DNA of 64,000 bases from the human T2T-CHM13v2.0 reference genome, Homo sapiens. Location: NCBI RefSeq assembly GCF_009914755.1, contig NC_060939.1; one strand, written 5' to 3'. The first letter of the stretch is position 1. The number at the start of each line of letters is the position of its first letter. The notes under the pieces were generated by a model. The model made no database searches, had not been told where the DNA came from, and saw nothing but the letters and a program-made list of their open reading frames with translations. Below, one piece after another: positions 39,901 through 53,700 of this stretch. The position numbers and the translations under genes were made by a program.

Positions 39901-42900
39901 TCATTCTATTCCTTTCCATTCCATTTCATTCCATTCCATTCCATTCGTGTCCATTCCACTCCAGTCCATTCCATTCGTGTCCATTCCATTCCAGTCCATT
40001 CCATTTGTGTCCACTGCATTCCATTCCACTCCATTCCATATTATTCCATTACACTCCATTCCATTCTATTACTTTCATTTCCATTCAATTCCATTCCATT
40101 TGATTCCATTCCACTCGGTTTCATTCCATTTGAGTCCACTCCATTCCATTCCATTCCATTCCATTCAGTTCCATTCCATTCTGTTCCATTCCATTCCGTT
40201 CCATTACATTCCATTCCATTCGGTACCATTCCATATTGTTCCATTCGATTCCATTCGAATACATTCCATTCCAGTCCATTCCATTCGATTCCATTCCATT
40301 CATTTCAATTCCATTCCATTCCATTCCATTCCATTCCACTTGATTCCTCTCCATTCCCTTCCACTGCATTCCGTTCGATTCCATTCCATTGCATTGCATT
40401 CCATTCCATTGGATTGCATTCCATTCGATTCCATTCCATTCGAATCAATTACATAGCAATCCATTACATTCGAGTCTATTCTCTTCCGTTCCATTCGATT
40501 TCGTTCCAATCCATTCGATTCCATTCCATTCGATTCCATTCCATACTATTGCATTCCATTCGATTACATTATATTCGAATAAGTTCCATTCAAGACCATT
40601 TCTTTTGAGTCCATTCTATTTGAGTCCATTCCCTTTGATTCCATAACATTTGAGTCCATTCAATTCCATTCCTTTCGTTTCCATTCCATTTGATGCCATT
40701 CCATTCAATTCTGTTCTACTCGACTCCAATACATTCAATTCCATTCCATCCGATTCCATTACATTCTTTTCATTTCTTATCCATTTCAAGCCATTCCACT
40801 CCATTCCATTCCACTCGTTTCCTTTCCATTCGAGTCCATTCCTCTCCAGTCCATTCCGTTCAATCCATTCCATTCCAGTCCATTCCATTCGAGTCCGTTC
40901 CATTCCAGTCCATTCCATTCGAGTCAATTCCATTCCATTCGATGTCTTTCCATAACGATCCATTCCATTCTATTCCTTTCGATTCCATTCCATTCTATTT
41001 CATTCCATTCGATTCCCTTCCATTGGACTCCTTTCCATTCGAGTGCATTCCATTCCTTTCCATTTCTTTCCGTTCTGTACGATTCCTACCGTTCGATTTC
41101 ATTTTGTTCCAGTCCATTCCTTTCGCGTCCATTCCATTCCATTTCACTCCATTCGATTCCATTCCACTCGATTCCACTTCGTTCCATTTCATTGCATTCC
41201 ATTCTATTCAACTCTATTGCCTTCCATTCCATTCCATTCGATTACATTCCATGCGATTCCATTCGAAATCGAATCAATTACATTGCAATCCATTACTATT
41301 GAGTCCGTTTTATTCCAGTCCACTGCATTCTGGTCCATTCCATTTGATTCCATTCCATTCTATTCCATTCCATACAGTTGCATTCCATTGGATTCCATTC
41401 TATATCTATAAATTCAATTCGAGACCATTGCTTTTGAGTCCATTCTATATGATTCCATTCCATTCAAGTCCATTACATTTGGTTCAATTCCATTCCATTC
41501 CATTCCCTTCCATTCCATTCCATTTGATATCAATCCATTCGATTCCATTCCATTCGAGCACATTCCATTCGAGTCCATTCCATTCGATGCCATTCCATTT
41601 GATTCTATTCCATTAGTCTCCATTCAATTCCATTAATCTCCATTCCATTCCATTCTACTCCAACTGATTCCATTCCATTCTATTCCTTTCCATTCCATTT
41701 CATTCCATTCCATTCCATTTCATTCCATTCCATTCCATTCGTGTCCATTCCACTCCAGTCCATTCCATTCGTGTCCATTCCATTCCAGTCCATTCCATTT
41801 GTGTCCACTGCATTCCATTCCACTCCATTCCATATTATTCCATTACACTCCATTCCATTCTATTACTTTCATTTCCATTCAATTCCATTCCATTTGATTC
41901 CATTCCACTCGGTTTCATTCCATTTGAGTCCACTCCATTCCATTCCATTCCATTCCATTCAGATCCATTCCATTCTGTTCCATTCCATTCCGTTCCATTA
42001 CATTCCATTCCATTCGGTACCATTCCATATTGTTCCATTCGATTCCATTCGAATCCATTCCATTCCAGTCCATTCCATTCGATTCCATTCCATTCATTTC
42101 AATTCCATTCCATTCCATTACATTACATTCCACTTGATTCCTCTCCATTCCCTTCCACTGCATTCCGTTCGATTCCATTCCATTGCATTGCATTCCATTC
42201 CATTGGATTGCATTCCATTCGATTCCATTCCATTCGAATCAATTACATAGCAATCCATTACATTCGAGTCTATTCTCTTCCGTTCCATTCGATTTCGTTC
42301 CAATCCATTCGATTCCATTCCATTCGATTCCATTCCATACTATTGCATTCCATTCGATTACATTATATTCGAATAAGTTCCATTCAAGACCATTTCTTTT
42401 GAGTCCATTCTATTTGAGTCCATTCCCTTTGATTCCATAACATTTGAGTCCATTCAATTCCATTCCTTTCGTTTCCATTCCATTTGATGCCATTCCATTC
42501 AATTCTGTTCTACTCGACTCCAATACATTCAATTCCATTCCATCCGATTCCATTACATTCTTTTCATTTCTTATCCATTTCAAGCCATTCCACTCCATTC
42601 CATTCCACTCGTTTCCTTTCCATTCGAGTCCATTCCTCTCCAGTCCATTCCGTTCAATCCATTCCATTCCAGTCCATTCCATTCGAGTCCGTTCCATTCC
42701 AGTCCATTCCATTCGAGTCAATTCCATTCCATTCGATGTCTTTCCATAACGATCCATTCCATTCTATTCCTTTCGATTCCATTCCATTCTATTTCATTCC
42801 ATTCGATTCCCTTCCATTGGACTCCTTTCCATTCGAGTGCATTCCATTCCGTTCCATTTCTTTCCGTTCTGTACGATTCCTACCGTTCGATTTCATTTTG

Positions 42901-45900
42901 TTCCAGTCCATTCCTTTCGCGTCCATTCCATTCCATTTCACTACATTCGATTCCATTCCATTCGATTCCATTCTACTCGATTCCACTTCGTTCCATTTCA
43001 TTGCATTCCATTCTATTCAACTCTATTGCCTTCCATTCCATTCCATTCGATTACATTCCATGCGATTCCATTCGAAATCGAATCAATTACATTGCAATCC
43101 ATTACTATTGAGTCCGTTTTATTCCAGTCCACTGCATTCTGGTCCATTCCATTTGATTCCATTCCATTCTATTCCATTCCATACAGTTGCATTCCATTGG
43201 ATTCCATGCTATATCTATAAATTCAATTCGAGACCATTGCTTTTGAGTCCATTCTATATGATTCCATTCCATTCAAGTCCATTACATTTGGTTCAATTCC
43301 ATTCCATTCCATTCCCTTCCATTCCATTCCATTTGATATCAATCCATTCGATTCCATTCAATTCGAGCACATTCCATTCGAGTCCATTCCATTCGATGCC
43401 ATTCCATTTGATTCTATTCCATTAGTCTCCATTCAATTCCATTAATCTCCATTCCATTCCATTCTACTCCAACTGATTCCATTTCATTCTATTCCTTTCC
43501 ATTCCATTTCATTCCATTCCATTCCATTCGTGTCCATTCCACTCCAGTCCATTCCATTCGTGTCCATTCCATTCCAGTCCATTCCATTTGTGTCCACTGC
43601 ATTCCATTCCACTCCATTCCATATTATTCCATTACACTCCATTCCATTCTATTACTTTCATTTCCATTCAATTCCATTCCATTTGATTCCATTCCACTCG
43701 GTTTCATTCCATTTGAGTCCACTCCATTCCATTCCATTCCATTCCATTCAGTTCCATTCCATTCTGTTCCATTCCATTCCGTTCCATTACATTCCATTCC
43801 ATTCGGTACCATTCCATATTGTTCCATTCGATTCCATTCGAATCCATTCCATTCCAGTCCATTCCATTCGATTCCATTCCATTCATTTCAATTCCATTCC
43901 ATTCCATTCCATTCCATTCCACTTGATTCCTCTCCATTCCCTTCCACTGCATTCCGTTCGATTCCATTCCATTGCATTGCATTCCATTCCATTGGATTGC
44001 ATTCCATTCGATTCCATTCCATTCGAATCAATTACATAGCAATCCATTACATTCGAGTCTATTCTCTTCCGTTCCATTCGATTTCGTTCCAATCCATTCG
44101 ATTCCATTCCATTCGATTCCATTCCATACTATTGCATTCCATTCGATTACATTATATTCGAATAAGTTCCATTCAAGACCATTTCTTTTGAGTCCATTCT
44201 ATTTGAGTCCATTCCCTTTGATTCCATAATATTTGAGTCCATTCAATTCCATTCCTTTCGTTTCCATTCCATTTGATGCCATTCCATTCAATTCTGTTCT
44301 ACTCGACTCCAATACATTCAATTCCATTCCATCCGATTCCATTACATTCTTTTCATTTCTTATCCATTTCAAGCCATTCCACTCCATTCCATTCCACTCG
44401 TTTCCTTTCCATTCGAGTCCATTCCTCTCCAGTCCATTCCGTTCAATCCATTCCATTCCAGTCCATTCCATTCGAGTCCGTTCCATTCCAGTCCATTCCA
44501 TTCGAGTCAATTCCATTCCATTCGATGTCTTTCCATAACGATCCATTCCATTCTATTCCTTTCGATTCCATTCCATTCTATTTCATTCCATTCGATTCCC
44601 TTCCATTGGACTCCTTTCCATTCGAGTGCATTCCATTCCGTTCCATTTCTTTCCGTTCTGTACGATTCCTACCGTTCGATTTCATTTTGTTCCAGTCCAT
44701 TCCTTTCGCGTCCATTCCATTCCATTTCACTCCATTCGATTCCATTCCACTCGATTCCACTTCATTCCATTTCATTGCATTCCATTCTATTCAACTCTAT
44801 TGCCTTCCATTCCATTCCATTCGATTACATTCCATGCGATTCCATTCGAAATCGAATCAATTACATTGCAATCCATTACAATTGAGTCCGTTTTATTCCA
44901 GTCCACTGCATTCTGGTCCATTCCATTTGATTCCATTCCATTCTATTCCATTCCATACAGTTGCATTCCTTTGGATTCCATGCTATATATATAAATTCAA
45001 TTCGAGACCATTGCTTTTGAGTCCATTCTATATGATTCCATTCCATTCAAGTCCATTACATTTGGTTCAATTTCATTCCATTCCATTCCCTTCCATTCCA
45101 TTCCAGTTGATATCAATCCATTCGATTCCATTCCATTCGAGCACATTCCATTCGAGTCCATTCCATTCGATGCCATTCCATTTGATTCTATTCCATTAGT
45201 CTCCATTCAATTCCATTAATCTCCATTCCATTCCATTCTACTCCAACTGATTCCATTTCATTCTATTCCTTTCCATTCCATTTCATTCCATTCCATTCCA
45301 TTCGTGTCCATTCCACTCCAGTCCATTCCATTCGTGTCCATTCCATTCCAGTCCATTCCATTTGTGTCCACTGCATTCCATTCCACTCCATTCCATATTA
45401 TTCCATTACACTCCATTCCATTCTATTACTTTCATTTCCATTCAATTCCATTCCATTTGATTCCATTCCACTCGGTTTCATTCCATTTGAGTCCACTCCA
45501 TTCCATTCCATTCCATTCCATTCAGTTCCATTCCATTCTGTTCCATTCCATTCCGTTCCATTACATTCCATTCCATTCGGTACCATTCCATATTGTTCCA
45601 TTCGATTCCATTCGAATCCATTCCATTCCAGTCCATTCCATTCGATTCCATTCCATTCATTTCAATTCCATTCCATTCCATTCCATTCCATTCCACTTGA
45701 TTCCTCTCCATTCCCTTCCACTGCATTCCGTTCGATTCCATTCCATTGCATTGCATTCCATTCCATTGGATTGCATTCCATTCGATTCCATTCCATTCGA
45801 ATCAATTACATAGCAATCCATTACATTCGAGTCTATTCTCTTCCGTTCCATTCGATTTCGTTCCAATCCATTCGATTCCATTCCATTCGATTCCATTCCA

Positions 45901-47710
45901 TACTATTGCATTCCATTCGATTACATTATATTCGAATAAGTTCCATTCAAGACCATTTCTTTTGAGTCCATTCTATTTGAGTCCATTCCCTTTGATTCCA
46001 TAACATTTGAGTCCATTCAATTCCATTCCTTTCGTTTCCATTCCATTTGATGCCATTCCATTCAATTCTGTTCTACTCGACTCCAATACATTCAATTCCA
46101 TTCCATCCGATTCCATTACATTCTTTTCATTTCTTATCCATTTCAAGCCATTCCACTCCATTCCATTCCACTCGTTTCCTTTCCATTCGAGTCCATTCCT
46201 CTCCAGTCCATTCCGTTCAATCCATTCCATTCCAGTCCATTCCATTCGAGTCCGTTCCATTCCAGTCCATTCCATTCGAGTCAATTCCATTCCATTCGAT
46301 GTCTTTCCATAACGATCCATTCCATTCTATTCCTTTCGATTCCATTCCATTCTATTTCATTCCATTCGATTCCCTTCCATTGGACTCCTTTCCATTCGAG
46401 TGCATTCCATTCCTTTCCATTTCTTTCCGTTCTGTACGATTCCTACCGTTCGATTTCATTTTGTTCCAGTCCATTCCTTTCGCGTCCATTCCATTCCATT
46501 TCACTCCATTCGATTCCATTCCACTCGATTCCACTTCGTTCCATTTCATTGCATTCCATTCTATTCAACTCTATTGCCTTCCATTCCATTCCATTCGATT
46601 ACATTCCATGCGATTCCATTCGAAATCGAATCAATTACATTGCAATCCATTACTATTGAGTCCGTTTTATTCCAGTCCACTGCATTCTGGTCCATTCCAT
46701 TTGATTCCATTCCATTCTATTCCATTCCATACAGTTGCATTCCATTGGATTCCATTCTATATCTATAAATTCAATTCGAGACCATTGCTTTTGAGTCCAT
46801 TCTATATGATTCCATTCCATTCAAGTCCATTACATTTGGTTCAATTCCATTCCATTCCATTCCCTTCCATTCCATTCCATTTGATATCAATCCATTCGAT
46901 TCCATTCCATTCGAGCACATTCCATTCGAGTCCATTCCATTCGATGCCATTCCATTTGATTCTATTCCATTAGTCTCCATTCAATTCCATTAATCTCCAT
47001 TCCATTCCATTCTACTCCAACTGATTCCATTCCATTCTATTCCTTTCCATTCCATTTCATTCCATTCCATTCCATTTCATTCCATTCCATTCCATTCGTG
47101 TCCATTCCACTCCAGTCCATTCCATTCGTGTCCATTCCATTCCAGTCCATTCCATTTGTGTCCACTGCATTCCATTCCACTCCATTCCATATTATTCCAT
47201 TACACTCCATTCCATTCTATTACTTTCATTTCCATTCAATTCCATTCCATTTGATTCCATTCCACTCGGTTTCATTCCATTTGAGTCCACTCCATTCCAT
47301 TCCATTCCATTCCATTCAGATCCATTCCATTCTGTTCCATTCCATTCCGTTCCATTACATTCCATTCCATTCGGTACCATTCCATATTGTTCCATTCGAT
47401 TCCATTCGAATCCATTCCATTCCAGTCCATTCCATTCGATTCCATTCCATTCATTTCAATTCCATTCCATTCCATTACATTACATTCCACTTGATTCCTC
47501 TCCATTCCCTTCCACTGCATTCCGTTCGATTCCATTCCATTGCATTGCATTCCATTCCATTGGATTGCATTCCATTCGATTCCATTCCATTCGAATCAAT
47601 TACATAGCAATCCATTACATTCGAGTCTATTCTCTTCCGTTCCATTCGATTTCGTTCCAATCCATTCGATTCCATTCCATTCGATTCCATTCCATACTAT
47701 TGCATTCCGT
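37000..47710 (+). repeat. Three-monomer block (5,357 bp) present twice in tandem; ends approximate
   Basis: Monomer spacings 1789, 1774, 1794 repeat twice. Variants recur at +5,357: TCAATTCGAGCAC 38001/43358, TGATTCCATTTCATT with 20 bp deletion ~38117/43474 and ~39891/45248, CCATAATATTT ~38867/44224, CAGATCC 41960/47317. Confidence 0.88.
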
Positions 47711-50700
47711 TCGATTACATTATATTCGAATAAGTTCCATTCAAGACCATTTCTTTTGAGTCCATTCTATTTGAGTCCATTCCCTTTGATTCCATAACAT
47801 TTGAGTCCATTCAATTCCATTCCTTTCGTTTCCATTCCATTTGATGCCATTCCATTCAATTCTGTTCTACTCGACTCCAATACATTCAATTCCATTCCAT
47901 CCGATTCCATTACATTCTTTTCATTTCTTATCCATTTCAAGCCATTCCACTCCATTCCATTCCACTCGTTTCCTTTCCATTCGAGTCCATTCCTCTCCAG
48001 TCCATTCCGTTCAATCCATTCCATTCCAGTCCATTCCATTCGAGTCCGTTCCATTCCAGTCCATTCCATTCGAGTCAATTCCATTCCATTCGATGTCTTT
48101 CCATAACGATCCATTCCATTCTATTCCTTTCGATTCCATTCCATTCTATTTCATTCCATTCGATTCCCTTCCATTGGACTCCTTTCCATTCGAGTGCATT
48201 CCATTCCTTTCCATTTCTTTCCGTTCTGTACGATTCCTACCGTTCGATTTCATTTTGTTCCAGTCCATTCCTTTCGCGTCCATTCCATTCCATTTCACTC
48301 CATTCGATTCCATTCCACTCGATTCCACTTCGTTCCATTTCATTGCATTCCATTCTATTCAACTCTATTGCCTTCCATTCCATTCCATTCGATTACATTC
48401 CATGCGATTCCATTCGAAATCGAATCAATTACATTGCAATCCATTACTATTGAGTCCGTTTTATTCCAGTCCACTGCATTCTGGTCCATTCCATTTGATT
48501 CCATTCCATTCTATTCCATTCCATACAGTTGCATTCCATTGGATTCCATGCTATATCTATAAATTCAATTCGAGACCATTGCTTTTGAGTCCATTCTATA
48601 TGATTCCATTCCATTCAAGTCCATTACATTTGGTTCAATTCCATTCCATTCCATTCCCTTCCATTCCATTCCATTTGATATCAATCCATTCGATTCCATT
48701 CCATTCCACTCCATTCCATTCGAGTCCATTCCATTCGATGCCATTCCATTTGATTCTATTCCATTAGTCTCCATTCAATTCCATTAATCTCCATTCCATT
48801 CCATTCTACTCCAACTGATTCCATTCCATTCTATTCCTTTCCATTCCATTTCATTCCATTCCATTCCATTTCATTCCATTCCATTCCATTCGTGTCCATT
48901 CCACTCCAGTCCATTCCATTCGTGTCCATTCCATTCCAGTCCATTCCATTTGTGTCCACTGCATTCCATTCCACTCCATTCCATATTGTTCCATTACACT
49001 CCATTCCATTCTATTACTTTCATTTCCATTCAATTCCATTCCATTTGATTCCATTCCACTCGGTTTCATTCCATTTGAGTCCACTCCATTCCATTCCATT
49101 CCATTCCATTCAGTTCCATTCCATTCTGTTCCATTCCATTCCGTTCCATTACATTCCATTCCATTCGGTACCATTCCATATTGTTCCATTCGATTCCATT
49201 CGAATCCATTCCATTCCAGTCCATTCCATTCGATTCCATTCCATTCATTTCAATTCCATTCCATTCCATTCCATTCCATTCCACTTGATTCCTCTCCATT
49301 CCCTTCCACTGCATTCCGTTCGATTCCATTCCATTGCATTGCATTCCATTCCATTGGATTGCATTCCATTCGATTCCATTCCATTCGAATCAATTACATA
49401 GCAATCCATTACATTCGAGTCTATTCTCTTCCGTTCCATTCGATTTCGTTCCAATCCATTCGATTCCATTCCATTCGATTCCATTCCATACTATTGCATT
49501 CCATTCGATTACATTATATTCGAATAAGTTCCATTCAAGACCATTTCTTTTGAGTCCATTCTATTTGAGTCCATTCCCTTTGATTCCATAACATTTGAGT
49601 CCATTCAATTCCATTCCTTTCGTTTCCATTCCATTTGATGCCATTCCATTCAATTCTGTTCTACTCGACTCCAATACATTCAATTCCATTCCATCCGATT
49701 CCATTACATTCTTTTCATTTCTTATCCATTTCAAGCCATTCCACTCCATTCCATTCCACTCGTTTCCTTTCCATTCGAGTCCATTCCTCTCCAGTCCATT
49801 CCGTTCAATCCATTCCATTCCAGTCCATTCCATTCGAGTCCGTTCCATTCCAGTCCATTCCATTCGAGTCAATTCCATTCCATTCGATGTCTTTCCATAA
49901 CGATCCATTCCATTCTATTCCTTTCGATTCCATTCCATTCTATTTCATTCCATTCGATTCCCTTCCATTGGACTCCTTTCCATTCGAGTGCATTCCATTC
50001 CGTTCCATTTCTTTCCGTTCTGTACGATTCCTACCGTTCGATTTCATTTTGTTCCAGTCCATTCCTTTCGCGTCCATTCCATTCCATTTCACTACATTCG
50101 ATTCCATTCCATTCGATTCCATTCTACTCGATTCCACTTCGTTCCATTTCATTGCATTCCATTCTATTCAACTCTATTGCCTTCCATTCCATTCCATTCG
50201 ATTACATTCCATGCGATTCCATTCGAAATCGAATCAATTACATTGCAATCCATTACTATTGAGTCCGTTTTATTCCAGTCCACTGCATTCTGGTCCATTC
50301 CATTTGATTCCATTCCATTCTATTCCATTCCATACAGTTGCATTCCATTGGATTCCATGCTATATCTATAAATTCAATTCGAGACCATTGCTTTTGAGTC
50401 CATTCTATATGATTCCATTCCATTCAAGTCCATTACATTTGGTTCAATTCCATTCCATTCCATTCCCTTCCATTCCATTCCATTTGATATCAATCCATTC
50501 GATTCCATTCCATTCGAGCACATTCCATTCGAGTCCATTCCATTCGATGCCATTCCATTTGATTCTATTCCATTAGTCTCCATTCAATTCCATTAATCTC
50601 CATTCCATTCCATTCTACTCCAACTGATTCCATTCCATTCTATTCCTTTCCATTCCATTTCATTCCATTCCATTCCATTTCATTCCATTCCATTCCATTC

Positions 50701-53700
50701 GTGTCCATTCCACTCCAGTCCATTCCATTCGTGTCCATTCCATTCCAGTCCATTCCATTTGTGTCCACTGCATTCCATTCCACACCATTCCATATTATTC
50801 CATTACACTCCATTCCATTCTATTACTTTCATTTCCATTCAATTCCATTCCATTTGATTCCATTCCACTCGGTTTCATTCCATTTGAGTCCACTCCATTC
50901 CATTCCATTCCATTCCATTCAGTTCCATTCCATTCTGTTCCATTCCATTCCGTTCCATTACATTCCATTCCATTCGGTACCATTCCATATTGTTCCATTC
51001 GATTCCATTCGAATCCATTCCATTCCAGTCCATTCCATTCGATTCCATTCCATTCATTTCAATTCCATTCCATTCCATTCCATTACATTCCACTTGATTC
51101 CTCTCCATTCCCTTCCACTGCATTCCGTTCGATTCCATTCCATTGCATTGCATTCCATTCCATTGGATTGCATTCCATTCGATTCCATTCCATTCGAATC
51201 AATTACATAGCAATCCATTACATTCGAGTCTATTCTCTTCCGTTCCATTCGATTTCGTTCCAATCCATTCGATTCCATTCCATTCGATTCCATTCCATAC
51301 TATTGCATTCCATTCGATTACATTATATTCGAATAAGTTCCATTCAAGACCATTTCTTTTGAGTCCATTCTATTTGAGTCCATTCCCTTTGATTCCATAA
51401 CATTTGAGTCCATTCAATTCCATTCCTTTCGTTTCCATTCCATTTGATGCCATTCCATTCAATTCTGTTCTACTCGACTCCAATACATTCAATTCCATTC
51501 CATCCGATTCCATTACATTCTTTTCATTTCTTATCCATTTCAAGCCATTCCACTCCATTCCATTCCACTCGTTTCCTTTCCATTCGAGTCCATTCCTCTC
51601 CAGTCCATTCCGTTCAATCCATTCCATTCCAGTCCATTCCATTCGAGTCCGTTCCATTCCAGTCCATTCCATTCGAGTCAATTCCATTCCATTCGATGTC
51701 TTTCCATAACGATCCATTCCATTCTATTCCTTTCGATTCCATTCCATTCTATTTCATTCCATTCGATTCCCTTCCATTGGACTCCTTTCCATTCGAGTGC
51801 ATTCCATTCCGTTCCATTTCTTTCCGTTCTGTACGATTCCTACCGTTCGATTTCATTTTGTTCCAGTCCATTCCTTTCGCGTCCATTCCATTCCATTTCA
51901 CTACATTCGATTCCATTCCATTCGATTCCATTCTACTCGATTCCACTTCGTTCCATTTCATTGCATTCCATTCTATTCAACTCTATTGCCTTCCATTCCA
52001 TTCCATTCGATTACATTCCATGCGATTCCATTCGAAATCGAATCAATTACATTGCAATCCATTACTATTGAGTCCGTTTTATTCCAGTCCACTGCATTCT
52101 GGTCCATTCCATTTGATTCCATTCCATTCTATTCCATTCCATGCAGTTGCATTCCATTGGATTCCATGCTATATCTATAAATTCAATTCGAGACCATTGC
52201 TTTTGAGTCCATTCTATATGATTCCATTCCATTCAAGTCCATTACATTTGGTTCAATTCCATTCCATTCCATTCCCTTCCATTCCATTCCATTTGATATC
52301 AATCCATTCGATTCCATTCCATTCGAGCACATTCCATTCGAGTCCATTCCATTCGATGCCATTCCATTTGATTCTATTCCATTAGTCTCCATTCAATTCC
52401 ATTAATCTCCATTCCATTCCATTCTACTCCAACTGATTCCATTCCATTCTATTCCTTTCCATTCCATTTCATTCCATTCCATTCCATTTCATTCCATTCC
52501 ATTCCATTCGTGTCCATTCCACTCCAGTCCATTCCATTCGTGTCCATTCCATTCCAGTCCATTCCATTTGTGTCCACTGCATTCCATTCCACTCCATTCC
52601 ATATTATTCCATTACACTCCATTCCATTCTATTACTTTCATTTCCATTCAATTCCATTCCATTTGATTCCATTCCACTCGGTTTCATTCCATTTGAGTCC
52701 ACTCCATTCCATTCCATTCCATTCCATTCAGTTCCATTCCATTCTGTTCCATTCCATTCCGTTCCATTCCATTCCATTCCATTCGGTACCATTCCATATT
52801 GTTCCATTCGATTCCATTCGAATCCATTCCATTCCAGTCCATTCCATTCGATTCCATTCCATTCATTTCAATTCCATTCCATTCCATTCCATTACATTCC
52901 ACTTGATTCCTCTCCATTCCCTTCCACTGCATTCCGTTCGATTCCATTCCATTGCATTGCATTCCATTCCATTGGATTGCATTCCATTCGATTCCATTCC
53001 ATTCGAATCAATTACATAGCAATCCATTACATTCGAGTCTATTCTCTTCCGTTCCATTCGATTTCGTTCCAATCCATTCGATTCCATTCCATTCGATTCC
53101 ATTCCATACTATTGCATTCCGTTCGATTACATTATATTCGAATAAGTTCCATTCAAGACCATTTCTTTTGAGTCCATTCTATTTGAGTCCATTCCCTTTG
53201 ATTCCATAACATTTGAGTCCATTCAATTCCATTCCTTTCGTTTCCATTCCATTTGATGCCATTCCATTCAATTCTGTTCTACTCGACTCCAATACATTCA
53301 ATTCCATTCCATCCGATTCCATTACATTCTTTTCATTTCTTATCCATTTCAAGCCATTCCACTCCATTCCATTCCACTCGTTTCCTTTCCATTCGAGTCC
53401 ATTCCTCTCCAGTCCATTCCGTTCAATCCATTCCATTCCAGTCCATTCCATTCGAGTCCGTTCCATTCCAGTCCATTCCATTCGAGTCAATTCCATTCCA
53501 TTCGATGTCTTTCCATAACGATCCATTCCATTCTATTCCTTTCGATTCCATTCCATTCTATTTCATTCCATTCGATTCCCTTCCATTGGACTCCTTTCCA
53601 TTCGAGTGCATTCCATTCCTTTCCATTTCTTTCCGTTCTGTACGATTCCTACCGTTCGATTTCATTTTGTTCCAGTCCATTCCTTTCGCGTCCATTCCAT

